This document shows positions 13,138 to 24,995 of a DNA stretch of 64,000 bases, one piece after another. The DNA comes from Ginglymostoma cirratum (lineage: Eukaryota), in the NCBI GenBank assembly GCA_024137785.1, contig JAHRHZ010000063.1:21033573-21097572 (forward strand), given 5' to 3'. The position numbers and the translations under genes were made by a program. The notes under the pieces were generated by a model. It was not told the DNA's origin, made no database searches, and was given only the letters and a program-made list of their open reading frames with translations. Every line of letters starts with the position of its first letter. Position 1 is the stretch's first letter.

Positions 13138-16089
13138 CTATAAGCCCTTCATCTGATGATACAGCTCTCTAACATTTTGATACTCCAATTCTATGCCCTT
13201 GGGTTTTATGATTTTAATCTGGTGAAGTGGCCGTAATTTCAACCGTCTAGGCCTTAATTCTAATATACCAAACTCAAACCTCTCTACCTTTTTTTTTCTC
13301 TTCCTTGAATGAAACTTTTAGTCACCTGTCCTTAAATTTCCTTCTGCAACACCATGTCAAACTTTGGTTGATCACACTCTTTGGAGAACCTTGGCATGTT
13401 TTATTACCTTAAAAATGCAAGCTAACACAAGAACTCAAAAATAAGGCAGTTGATTTTGATGCTTTTCACTAGAATCATTGGCAACATTTATTCTGGAGAA
13501 TTTAAATAGCCAATGAAGGTGATCACCAAACCAAGGAGCATTCACCTCTGATTTGGAAAGTGCAAGAAGTACCAAAGGTGAAGCAAGTATACTTTTTCTT
13601 TACACAAAGTGGTCCCTACACATTATCACACACCATTCAGTGTCGCAAGGAATTTTAGTATCAGGCCAACACCACAACATTGAACTATGTTATGTACAAC
13701 TGAATTGAACTAAATTAAATTCTTCATTAAAGAATCCATCTACGTGTACGCAGAAAAAAAGATTTTGAAATGGAAGTACTCCATATCACTTGGCTCCCAG
13801 TCTGGTTATAATCCCATAAAATGATAGTAACTGTAGAAATCTTGGATATAATTAGACATAACAGATCAGAAGATGCAAAAGTGCTAATCAACTCCTTTAG
13901 CCCCATTTCTACCTGAAGCAATACTTTTGTACGTCGTAGCACAGCATCTAACTATCCAGTTATAGGCAGAGAATCACCTGCTTTCTTTTCCCACTCTTGC
14001 ATCACTACTTCAGGTAACTCCCCCATAGATCTATCTTTGGAGTCACTTTCTACATTCTGCCATTACACAACATCATAAAGAAATGCATTCTGTACGTTCA
14101 GTTATCACAGTCAGCTCTACCTTACTCTCACCCCTCTTGACATACACTGTCTCTGATGTGGCAGATTGCTTGGTTCACATCCAATACTGGGTAAGCAGAA
14201 ATTTTCTTCAACTAACTATTGGAAAAAATGGAAGATATTTTCTACAACCCCATTCCCCCCACCACAAACTCAGTTCCTAAGCCATCATGTTCATTCCTTA
14301 CCCTGGCAACCGAGGCAGAACTTGTCGGTTCACAACCAAAATGACTCCAAGATAAGCTTCCAACCACCACTTCCCAATATCAGCTGTCTCTACACCTTCT
14401 TCAGCTCATTTGCTGCTGAAATCTCATTCATGCCTTTGTGGTCAATAGCTTACATTGGCTCCCAATCCAATTATGCCCCGTTTTTTAAATTCTCATTCTT
14501 TTGTTCAGATCTGTCCATGAGCTCACTCTTCCTATCTCTGCAACCACCATAAGCTCCACATCCCTCTACAATCTCTGCACTCCTCTAATATTGGCCTTTT
14601 ACTAAGCTCTGTTTAAATTGATCCACCAATATCAGTAGTACCTGCTGCTGCCCAGGCCCAAAACATTGGAATTCCCTTCTTAAAGCCCCCCATTTGTCTT
14701 AATACCTACTTCCTTGACCAATTGTTTGACCATCTGTCACAATATATCACATAGATTATTACATTATTAAAGCTCCAAAGAAAAAAAAATTATTAAAGTT
14801 TCAATTACACATACTTCAAACGGGAGGTCCAGTACATCCATTTCCGAGTATTACTGTTTTTTCCCTTCTTGGAGATGCTATATAAATGCAACACAACATT
14901 TGTCAACTAACCTGAAAAAAATGACCAAATCTAAGTCTAACAACTAACAACTACCCAACAAATCTGATTGTCATCACTGAAAATAGTTGATTTGGTACCA
15001 TAAACCGTAGGTAGTCAGTTTCCTTTTACTGATTTTTCATTGTCCCTCCCTGCCAGATCTAGTGCCCTGGTAATCTGTTCAGATTACCCAACACAAAATG
15101 ACCCATTGCATCATTTGGAATGAACCAACTGAAGAAGTTTAGTTTACCAGGAAATACACACAAAGACATTATGTAAATTAGGTCAATGAGTATGGTGGCT
15201 CAATTATTCCACAGTTTATCAGTACAGAACAAAAAAAAAGCAATGGAAAATTAATACCATCCAAACAGACAGATCGCAGGATTTTTTTATAACTTCATTC
15301 TCAGGATTTAGAGATTGCTGGCAAAACCAGTATTTATTAACCAGCCCTAACTGCTCTTGAGAAACCGGTGATGAGCCACCTACTTGAACTGCTGTATGGT
15401 GTAGATACACCCACAGTGCTATTAGGTCAGGACCCAGTGACCTTGATTGAAATGACAATGTGTTTGCAAGTCAGAATGGTGTGTGATTTGGAGGAGAATG
15501 TGCAGCTGATGTTCCCAAATACCTGCTGACTGTTTCCTCCTAAATGGCAGAGGTCACAGTTTTGGAAGCAAATATTAAAATCAATTGAATATGTTTTCTT
15601 CAGTAATGCACACTCTCATATTGGTGCCATATGTAGTATTAATTCAGAACACAACCAGATAACACTTGGCCGTCCTAGCAGAAGATCTAGCTGGTGTTTC
15701 ATTACTTACAATAACAGATTTCATTATGGGGTGGAAATGATCTGGCATCTTATATCCCAAATGAAAGGAAAAATAAATGAATGTACCCAACATTCCCAAG
15801 CATTTTATACTATACAACTATACTAAAGGTTCTGCACAACACACATGGATTAGCACTCACTCATCAATGATGTAAACAAACATCTGGACTTAGGTAGCCC
15901 GTGAGTTAATGAGGTAAAGAATGGACTACATTAAGAGAGTGAGATTGGAGTAACAGCTTCAGCCACTTTACAAATGGTAAGTATTTGCAGTCCATTAGCC
16001 CACTCCTGTATCTTCAATAGAATAATGCTAAGTGTTTATAAGTGGAAGGAGAGTTGTCACACCGCCATCTTTATTTTCCTTTGTTGCTA

Positions 16090-16197
16090 TCACAACTCAA
16101 TATGGTTTCGAGTCAAATCTTCCCCATAGTTGGTGGCCTGGCTGCCAACAAACATATTCCAATTGTCTAGGATTTCTTGTTTTGATAATCTTTTATC
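16090..16197 (-). CDS. RCN1: Reticulocalbin-1, last coding exon (108 nt including stop); absent from the ORF track
   Basis: Read manually: TTTTAATAG|GAT AAA AGA... encodes [35 protein letters not shown] followed by TGA at 16092-16090. Confidence 0.96.
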   Translation of the reverse strand, partial: DKRLSKQEILDNWNMFVGSQATNYGEDLTRNHIEL

Positions 16198-16499
16198 CTA
16201 TTAAAAGAATGAAATACAGAACATTAAATATTTTGGGACAAAAATTGAGCAAGGTCTATCCTGTCAACATTTAGTTCTTATGAACAACTAAAGCAGTAGA
16301 TGAACTTTCAAAGAACAAATGGACATATATTAAAGAGGATATATTTGCAGGGCTTGGGGGAAAAGTGGCTAATTGGACAGCTCTAGAGCTGATGGGATGA
16401 ATGGGTTTTTTCAGGGCTGTAAAAATCTAATTCTTGATTAAATTAATGGTGGACAATGATTTTGTGCAAGTAATCTATGTTTTATTTTTGATTACAGAT

Positions 16500-16950
16500 A
16501 ATCCACATTGAAATGTAGTTATCTAGAGAAGCTGGACAAAGAGAAATTGTCGTCTTTGGAGCAACGCAAAACAGTTTAGTTGTGGAGTTAATAGGGGTGT
16601 TCAAAATTATGAGGAGCCTTGATAGCATAGGTAGGAAGAAACTACTTCCACTGGCTTGATAGTAGGTCATCAAAGAACACATAATTAAGATAATTGGCAA
16701 AAGAATCAGAATGGAAATGAAAAGAAATGTTTTCACCAAACAAGTTGTGATGATTTGGAATGTGCTGCTCGAAGGGATCACAGAACAGATCAATTAGTAA
16801 CTTTTAAAAAAGAATTTGGATAAGGAAAAAAGGAAATTGCAAAGCTACAGGAAAGGACAGAGATATTGGACCTAAATGGATAGCTGCTTTAAAGACCTGG
16901 CACGGGATCAATGGGCTAAATGGCCTCCTTCTGTTCTGTATAATTCTACA
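16500..16950 (+). mobile_element. Old CR1 3' fragment, followed by a Rex1/Babar-like tailed non-autonomous repeat (about 16960-17312)
   Basis: CR1-type 3' end. The downstream repeat ends cacttttcactgtactcg...gacaataaaatctaaatctaa. Confidence 0.6.
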
Positions 16951-18257
16951 GCAACTACAATGGTTCTAGCGGCAATGGCGTGACTCCTGGCCATGGCTGG
17001 GCCTGGGTACCTGATGGCAGACGTGGTGGTGTTCTGGCTGTGGCAGTGTGCAGGGACCCAGGGCACCTGAGTGTTCACAGATTGAGGGATAGACTTTATG
17101 GCTTTGTTTTTCTGGCAGAGAGGACTCATGGCAGAGGCAGGGGAGTGATCTGGACATTTCCTTTTCTTTTGGCTGTTTCTTTGCTCTCTGCTTCTGTTTT
17201 TAATCCTGTCTTATATACTTAGACGACACCAGAGAGTGGTGACTTTGTACACTTTTCACTGTACTCGTGTATTCCTGTACTCGAGTACATGCGACAATAA
17301 AATCTAAATCTAACTGAATAACCAACATAATGTAGCATCTATTATATGCAATGAATTACAGTTTATGATGATGAATCATTCAGTATTGATTATCAGACAT
17401 TAATCACATTGATATAAATCTTTTGAGTTGATCATACCCAATTGGTCATTGAAGGGTATCCAGCAGCATTGTAAAGCAGAATGAAATTGTGTAGCATTTC
17501 TATTTACACCTATGTGAGGTTTTTTTTGAGATGGTGTTTGTTACAGTGGAGGTCTGTTTTGTTTATGGTTCATAACAATGACCTCTCTTATTGATTTGAA
17601 TGTCCACGTGGTAATCATTGTTAATGATGATAATGTACAACATGTTTATTGACACTTTTGTATTAGCATACTACTTGGAAACAGGGTGGGATTTAGGGAA
17701 CGTCTTAGTACAGTTTATTTACTCAGCAAACAATGCCTATCTACAGACAGTTTAAACAGAGACCATCACAAACTGATCAAAAATGTGATAAAGACTGCAC
17801 CAACTTGTCTACGTACAACATTCACATGTTGCAAATTGATTATTTCTCTCCAGTAAGATGCAGCAAGTGGAGGATAGTTAAACAACACAAATGTGTTCCT
17901 TAAAACTAATCATGGCAAATTACAAAAGGGTGCACTCCCAACATGATTTGTGAGAAACTGCCCAGTCATCTCTACTCTGGCAGGGAATAGTGATATTTAA
18001 ATATACCACAATAAACCACACCACCTATGTTTTATTAAAAAAAAACTAATGACGGTTCCTACTAATAACAAGATAGCAATGATAAGGAATGGCTATAGTG
18101 GAAAGCAGGCATAAATATCTACTCACTAAATAACAGCCCACCCCTGCCCTCACTCTAAGAGCAGGATTTTCCCCTCCTTGGAGTGGGTATGAAGGGGAAA
18201 TAATGGGACGAAAATATAGATGGTGTCCAAGGACATCTTTCTCGACGCCATCAATTA

Positions 18258-18617
18258 AGGCATGGCTTAGAAAGGGTGGACGCTGGGAAGTTGTTTCCGT
18301 TAGGTGGGGATACTAGGACCCGTGGGCACAGCCTTCAAATTAGAGGGGGTCAATTTAGAATGGAAATGAGGAGACATTTCTTCAGCCAGAGAGTGGTGGG
18401 CCTGTGGAATTCACTGCCACGGAGCGCAGTGGAGGCTGGGACGTTGAATGTCTTCAAGGCAGAGATTGATAAATTCTTGATCTCGCAAGGAATCAAGGGC
18501 TACGGGGAGAGTGCGGGTAAGTGGAGTTGAAATGCCCATCAGCCATGATTAAATGGCGGAGTGGACTCAATGGGCCGAATCGCCTTACTTCCACTCCTAT
18601 GTCTTATGGTCTTATGG
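18258..18617 (+). mobile_element. Young CR1 3' end
   Basis: TRTRGHSLQIRGGQFRMEMRRHFFSQRVVGLWNSLP; (tcttatgg)n tail; CpGs retained. Confidence 0.9.
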
Positions 18618-19489
18618 CCTTTAAGTGGACACTCCTTATATGCTCAATAATGAGCACTTATAGACCTCAATTAGTTATGTCCTTTATCATCTGTCTCCTT
18701 GACAGGCAAGAAAAGTAGTTAAAAATCAGAGTTAACATTTCGATTCCAGTGACCCCCTTCTTTAGAATGGTTCCAAAGAAGGGTCACTGGACTCGAAACG
18801 TTAAATTTGCTTTCTCTCCACAGATGCTGCCTGACCTGATGAGTTTCTCCAGCAATTTCTGCTTTTGTTTCAGAGCATCTGCAGTTCTTCATTTTATAAG
18901 AAAGGCGACTGATTTCCTGACTGTAAAACTAGAGCAACTAGTCCGCCAGGTTGGGTGGGAATCTTGAATTGCTCCAATCTGGGAGTATTTGGAGACACAG
19001 ACTCATTACAAGGAGTCTTCAGAAAACTACCACCTGCCATAGTCTCAGAAATTCTCTCCCTGTGACCCCCAAGTCCTGAGAACCTACACATTGCTGGATT
19101 ATTTGAGGCTTCAGTCTCAGCCTGCAGACTTTAGGACCCAGAAGCTGCTGGTCACTGACTGATTAGCAGCTTCTGGTGACCTGGAATGCCAATACTGAGG
19201 CCTGTGATTAACACAAGAAAATTGCTGAAGCGAGATGATCAGATCTTAATGAACTGACCAGTGGGCAATATGGTGAGTTTCTTCAGTGGTTAGGGCAGCA
19301 AGTTAGTCACCACCTAACACACTCACCCCACACTTCAAAATCAATGGGATAATTCCAACTTAACTGATTGTTGTGGACTTTGTTGCAACAAGGTGATATG
19401 GCAATTCAAACATTTTGAATTCAGATATCATCCAAACACGTTAATTGGATTAATGATTGGAGTTACATACTGGTACTCATTACTCCTGG

Positions 19490-20670
19490 GATAACACAAA
19501 CTTGATTGAATTTTTTAAGGACATGACCAAGAATATAGATAAGGGCAGAGTGGTAGACATTGTCTACACAGACTTTAGCAAGGCCTTTGACAAGGTTCCA
19601 CATGGTAGAATGCTTAGTAAAGTTAGATCGTATGGGATCCAGGGAGAGCTTTCCAAGTGAATACAAAATTGGCGTGAAGGTAGGAGATAGAGGGTGGTGG
19701 TGGAGGGTTGTTTTTTGGACAAGAGGCCTGTGGCCAGCTGTGTTCATTGTTGTCTGTCTTTTATATAAATGATTTGGAAAAGAATACAGGAAGCACGGTT
19801 TAGTAAGTTTGCAGATGACACCAAAATTGGTGGTATAGTGGACAGAGAAGAAGGTTATCTAAGAGTACAATGGGATCTTGACCCAGTGGGCAAATGGGCT
19901 GATGAGTGGCAGATGGAGTTTAATTTAGATAAATGCAAAGTGATGCATTGTGGGTAAGACAAACAAGGGCAGGACTTATATATTTAATGGTAGGGCCCTA
20001 ACTTTCTTGAAGGTGGCATGATAGGTAGGCAGGGTAGTGAAGAAGATATTAACACATTTGCCTTCATTGCTCAAACCACTGATTATAAAAGCTGGGATGT
20101 CATGTTGCAGCTGTACATGACTTTAGTGAGGCCACGTTTGGAGTACTGTGCACAATTATGGTTGCCCTGCTATAGGAAGGATATTGATAATATTGGAAAG
20201 GGTGATGAAAATATTTACAAGGATGTTGCAGGGAATGAAGAGTTTGAGTTATAAGGACAGGCTGGACAGTCTGGGACTTTTTTCCCTGGAGCATAGGAGG
20301 TTGAGGAGTGACTTTATAGACATTTATAAAACCATGAGGAGCGTAGACAAGGTGAATAGCAGAGGTCTTTCCCTGGGGTGGGGAGGTTCAAAGCCAGGGG
20401 GCATATTTTTAAGGTGAGAGGAGAAAGACTTAAAAGGTACCTGAGGGGCAATCTTTTCACAGAGAGGGTGGTTCGTATGTGGAATGAACTGTCAGAGGAA
20501 ATGGTAGATGCAGGTACAGTAACAACATTTAAAACAACATTTGGATAGGTGCATTAATGTGAAAGGTTTAGAGGGATATAGGCCAGATGCAGGCGAGTGG
20601 GTTTAGTTTGGGAAACTTGGTTGGCATGGATGAGTTGAATCAAAGTGTCTGTTTCCTTGCTGTATGATTA
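19490..20670 (+). mobile_element. CR1 LINE, RT to 3' end (degenerate)
   Basis: DIVYTDFSKAFDKVPHGR, SKFADDTKIGG, WQMEFNLDKCKVMH, LVRPRLEYCAQ. Confidence 0.92.
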
Positions 20671-21304
20671 TACAAGAGTAGCAGGTAGAACACATTCACA
20701 AGTCTTGAAGTTCGGAGGGCAGGTAGATAAGGCAGATAGGAAAGCATATCGGAAACCTGGCTTTGTAAATAGCAGCATTGAATACAAAAACAAGAAAATC
20801 ATGCTAAACTTTTACTAATCACCGACTCAGCCTTGACTAGAATTCAATTCCGGGCATAATAGTTTAGCAAGTGTGTAGAAGCCTCAGACAGGATTAGCAG
20901 ATTTGGCCATAATGATACCAGGGATGAGGACTTCAGTTATCTTGGGAGACTGGAGAAACTGGGATTGGTCGCCCCCAATTCCTTCGCCTCCGCCGCATAT
21001 GCTCCCGCCTCCCCATCTCTCCCTATTTATTTCAGAATCCCCTTCCCCTCCCCCATTTCTGAAGAAGGGTCTGGACCCAAAACGTCAGCTTTCCTGCTCC
21101 TCTGATGCTGCTTGGCCTGCTGTGTTCATCCAGGTCTACACCTTGTTGTCTCAGGAAATTGAGGAGAAAGTTTTGCATACAGGAGTGTTAAGATCTAGAA
21201 CTTAGATGGGAGCTTTCAAAATACAACTGGATATGTACTTGAAAGGGACTAATTTTCAAGAACAAGGGATAGAAGTTGAATTGAGATGGGATAAGTTAAA
21301 TTGA

Positions 21305-21645
21305 GGGTGGCACAGTGGCTCAGGGGGCAGCACAGTGGCTCAGTGGTTAGCACTGCTCCCTTATAGCGCCAGGGATCTGGTTCAATTCCAACCTCACACA
21401 TTCTCCCCGTGTCTGTGTGAGTTTCTGCCAGGTGCTCCAGTTTCCTCCCACAGTCCAAAGATGTGCAAGTTAAGTGGATTGGCCATGCTAAATTGCCCAT
21501 AATGTTCAGGGATGTGTAGATTAGGTGCATTAGCCACAGGAAATGCAGGGTTATGTGGAATGGGTCTGGGTGGGATGCTCTTTGGAGTGTCGGTGTAGAC
21601 TTTTTAGGCTGAATGGCCTGTTTTCACACTGTAGGGATTCTATGA
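21305..21645 (+). mobile_element. tRNA-derived SINE (HE1/V-SINE-like) with duplicated head
   Basis: A-box tggctcagtggttagc (head partly tandem-duplicated), B-box ggttcaattcc, central ctccagtttcctcccacagtccaaagatgtgca domain, and a CR1-like tail. Confidence 0.85.
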
Positions 21646-21762
21646 AGTCTTCAAAGAACTAGCACATGGGCAATGGACCAAATGGCCTCTTTCAGTTTCT
21701 TAAAATTCTATGATTAGAAGTATAAAACCACTGTAGACTTACAGGTATGTACTTTTACTTAC

Positions 21763-21962
21763 TCTGTTTTTGTCAGATTCGTAGACAAGATGTCTGGCTT
21801 CAGCCTGTGCATGGTCATAATCCTCCGGGAGGATCCAATGTTTGATTTCAGACTTGTCCATCTTTCCATCCTTGTTTAAGTCGCGGAAATCGGAAAACTG
21901 CTCCCGCTCAGTCTTGACCCATTCAGGCTCAGGGACACCTTCTTCTCGTGCATACATATCAG
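21763..21962 (-). CDS. RCN1: Reticulocalbin-1, coding exon 5 (200 nt), EF-hand 5 and start of EF-hand 6
   Basis: TTTTCAG| acceptor; [66 protein letters not shown]; donor |GTAAGT. Confidence 0.97.
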
Positions 21963-22824
21963 CTGAAAAAATAGAAAAATAAGTCCGAGCAGCCCCATGA
22001 ACCCTGTGCTACCAAGCTCAGAAAGTGCATGCTGGAGAGATCTTGTTCTTCCAGGAATCCTGTCCTCATTGACCCACTGCTGACATTAGCCTGTACTGCC
22101 TTAATTTTATAATTTTCATCCTTGTATTAAAGCTCCCTGTGGCTTTTCCCCTCTCCATCCCTGAAATCTCCTGGAATTGTGTAACCCTCCAAGATCTCCG
22201 CACTCTTCACTTCTGGCCCAATTTTAGATATTTTGTAATCAACCTGTTCAGAGATGCTATGACACACATCTGGTGCAGGTGAAAGCTGAATCTAGGAGTT
22301 CCGACTCAGAGGCAGGGACATTGACACTGTGCTACAAGAGTCTATTTTTTTTAATTTTCAAGCATCTCCAACCTTAATTTTAGATACTACTAATCAACAT
22401 TGGAAATGTTATTATTACATTTCTTGCAGCAAGTGAGACTTGAACCCTGGTTCAGAGGTAAGGAACTATCATCGTTCCACAAGAATCCCTAAACTCCAGT
22501 TTTAATCACTTCATGTTTATTGGCCCTAATTACCACCTAAAGCCTAAACTTGAAGAGTTTTAAGGTGGGAATCCCATTTCTCGCCATGCTTTGGTCAATT
22601 ATCCTAATACTTCTTTAGGTGGCTCAATGTGAAGTGTTTTTTGATAATACTCCTATGAAGTAGGATTGGGCACTATGGTAATTATTGTGTATTCTCCCCC
22701 TTCAGAGTCATAGAACCATTTAAGCCCACAGCAAAACCAACAAGGCAGAATCAGGAAAGTGAGATAACAAGGTGTGGGGCTGGATGAACACAGGAGGCCA
22801 AGCAGCATCATAGGAGCAGGAAAG

Positions 22825-22858
22825 CTTGACGTTTCGGGCCTAGACCCTTCATCAGAAG
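22825..22858 (-). ncRNA. Minimal type I hammerhead ribozyme motif, intact, sense to the RCN1 pre-mRNA
   Basis: CTT CTGATGA A GGGTC-TA-GGCCC GAAA CG TC AAG, within an insertion flanked by agaatcaggaa(a/g)gtg (22747-22761 / 22857-22871). Confidence 0.75.
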
Positions 22859-24439
22859 AATCAGGAAGGTGCCAGCAACTATGGTTAGTGTCGTTTATAT
22901 TTCGTAATTATCAGCAGCTAAAAGATCATTATGCTCCATCAGGTGAATATGCCAATGGTTTTCCTAAAAAAAAGCACCCTGAAAACACTGGCTATTAATG
23001 TCATCCTTTGTTATTTCTTTGTGTGACAACATAATTCTCACCACAGAATGCCACAATACTTTTGTGCTGAATAGACTTGTTTCCTTTCTAAGAATTAAGA
23101 ATGAATAATTCAGAATGGGTTAGTGTCTGACTGACCAGCGCGACTGACCAGACTGACTAACTCACTGAGTTAGTGGTAGGGCTTGGGCATTCTGGCTCCA
23201 TAGCTTAGGAACAAGAGAGAAAAAAAATGCTTGGGAGAGATTTTACCTTCTAATTTGTTGCATTAATTAAAATCGAGCATTTTCATAATGTAAAAATAAT
23301 TTAAGTTGATGTGCTCCATTAGATTGGTTCATTTTGCTGCATGTGTTTAATATGTTCAGTATGTATGGGATGAAGGTAGTCTGCACACCCATAGAAAGCA
23401 GCCACCACTGTTCACATTTCAGCACCTGATGACAACTATGGAGCAATTACAGGTAGCTAATGGCCCTGAATGGAATTTAATTACTGTGAAATTAATTAAT
23501 GTGAAATCACTGTCTATTCTAACTCACACTGAGGCTCGTTCACATATCACTCCTGTGCTCGCTAATCTGAATGATTCGCAGTACAGCAATTCTTCAATTT
23601 TTAAATTCACACCCTAATTTTCAAATCTCTCCATGACCAAGATCCTGCCTATATTTGCAGCTTCCTGTGGTTCTGGAACAGACTTCTGTCCACTTCAAAT
23701 TTTGGCCTCTTATGCTAACTTCACTGGTCCAGCAATGACTGCACCTTAAACTGCTGAAACCTAACATCTGAAATTCACTCCCTAAATTTAACTTTCCTCC
23801 GTTAGGACATTCGTTTCAACTTAACTCTTTGAAAACATTCTTTGTCACCTAACCCAACATCTCCTTATGTGCTGCAATGCCAGAAATTGTTTGATAACAC
23901 TCTTGAGAAGTGGCTTGGGATATTTTCCTATTTTAAAGGTGCTACACGAATGAGGGTTATTGTTGAAATCATGCTTATTGTTTTTGTTACAAATGGAGAG
24001 TATTTGAGATCTTTGTCTATTTTATCATTCCATTTAAATCATCTACAAAGCTATGTAATTAGTAAAATCATTATTTTTAAGTATTCTTTGTTATTGAGAG
24101 GTAATCACAGTTACTTAATAGATAAATTGCTAAACAATGTGAAAGGCTCTTTATTCTTGGTGCCTTGTGTTAAACTGTTGCCGACCTCATGCAGCGAACC
24201 CAGTGAAGACTGCCAACAGATGGTCTCTGGAGAATTCATGGATCTAACCCCACCAAAAACAATAAGCAAATCTGCCTTTTAAAAAAAAGGATAGAAACAA
24301 GCACACTGTTATTAGCACACAAATTGCCTGGCAAGTTCAGACAAACAAGCTACAAATGATGACTTGCTAATCGCAGAACTTGCTGTTCAACTTATGCTAT
24401 TGAATCATTTGCTTTCCACAAATAGGATCTCAACTTTGT

Positions 24440-24995
24440 CAGAGAGTCAAACAGCACGAAAATAAACCCTTCAGTCCAACTAATCTGCGGCAACCAAACA
24501 TCCTGATCTGACCTAGTCCCATTTGCCAGCATTTGGTCCATGTCCCTCTAAACCCTTCCTTTTCATATACCCATCCAGATGATTTTTAAATGTTGTAATT
24601 GTTCCCTTCTCCACCACTTCCTCTGGTAGCTCGTTCCATTCATGCACTTCCCTCTGCGTGAAAAAGCTATCCCTCAGGTCCTTTTTAATTCTTTCTCTTA
24701 TCACCTTAAACCTATGTCCTCTGGTTTTGGACTTCCCCACCCTAGGAAAAAGACCTTGCTAATTCACCCTATCCATGCCCCTCATGATTTTATAAACCTT
24801 TACAAGGTCACCCCTCAGCCTCCGATACTCCAGGGAAAAAAGCCCCAACCTTTTCAGCCTCTCCCTATAACTCAAATCCTCCAGTCCTAGCAACATCCTC
24901 ATAAATCTTTTCTGCACCCTCTCAAGTTTAACAACATCCTTCCCATTAAAGGACGACCAGAATTGTACACAGAATTCTGAAAGTGGTCTCCCCAT
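24440..24995 (-). mobile_element. CR1 3' portion
   Basis: VKLERVQKRFMRML...RLGLFSLEYRRLRGDL. Confidence 0.9.

Noticed and set aside
13727-13942. ORF containing 'GSQ' as a possible last RCN1 exon
   Set aside because: The true last exon is at 16090-16197, with the full [13 protein letters not shown] motif.
16070-16075. AATAAA (minus strand) about 15 nt after the RCN1 stop as the polyA signal
   Set aside because: It is possible but very close to the stop, and other candidates lie further downstream; this cannot be decided without transcripts.
21305-21395. tRNA-like A/B boxes (also at about 49508 and 40770)
   Set aside because: These are SINE heads, with no complete cloverleaf.
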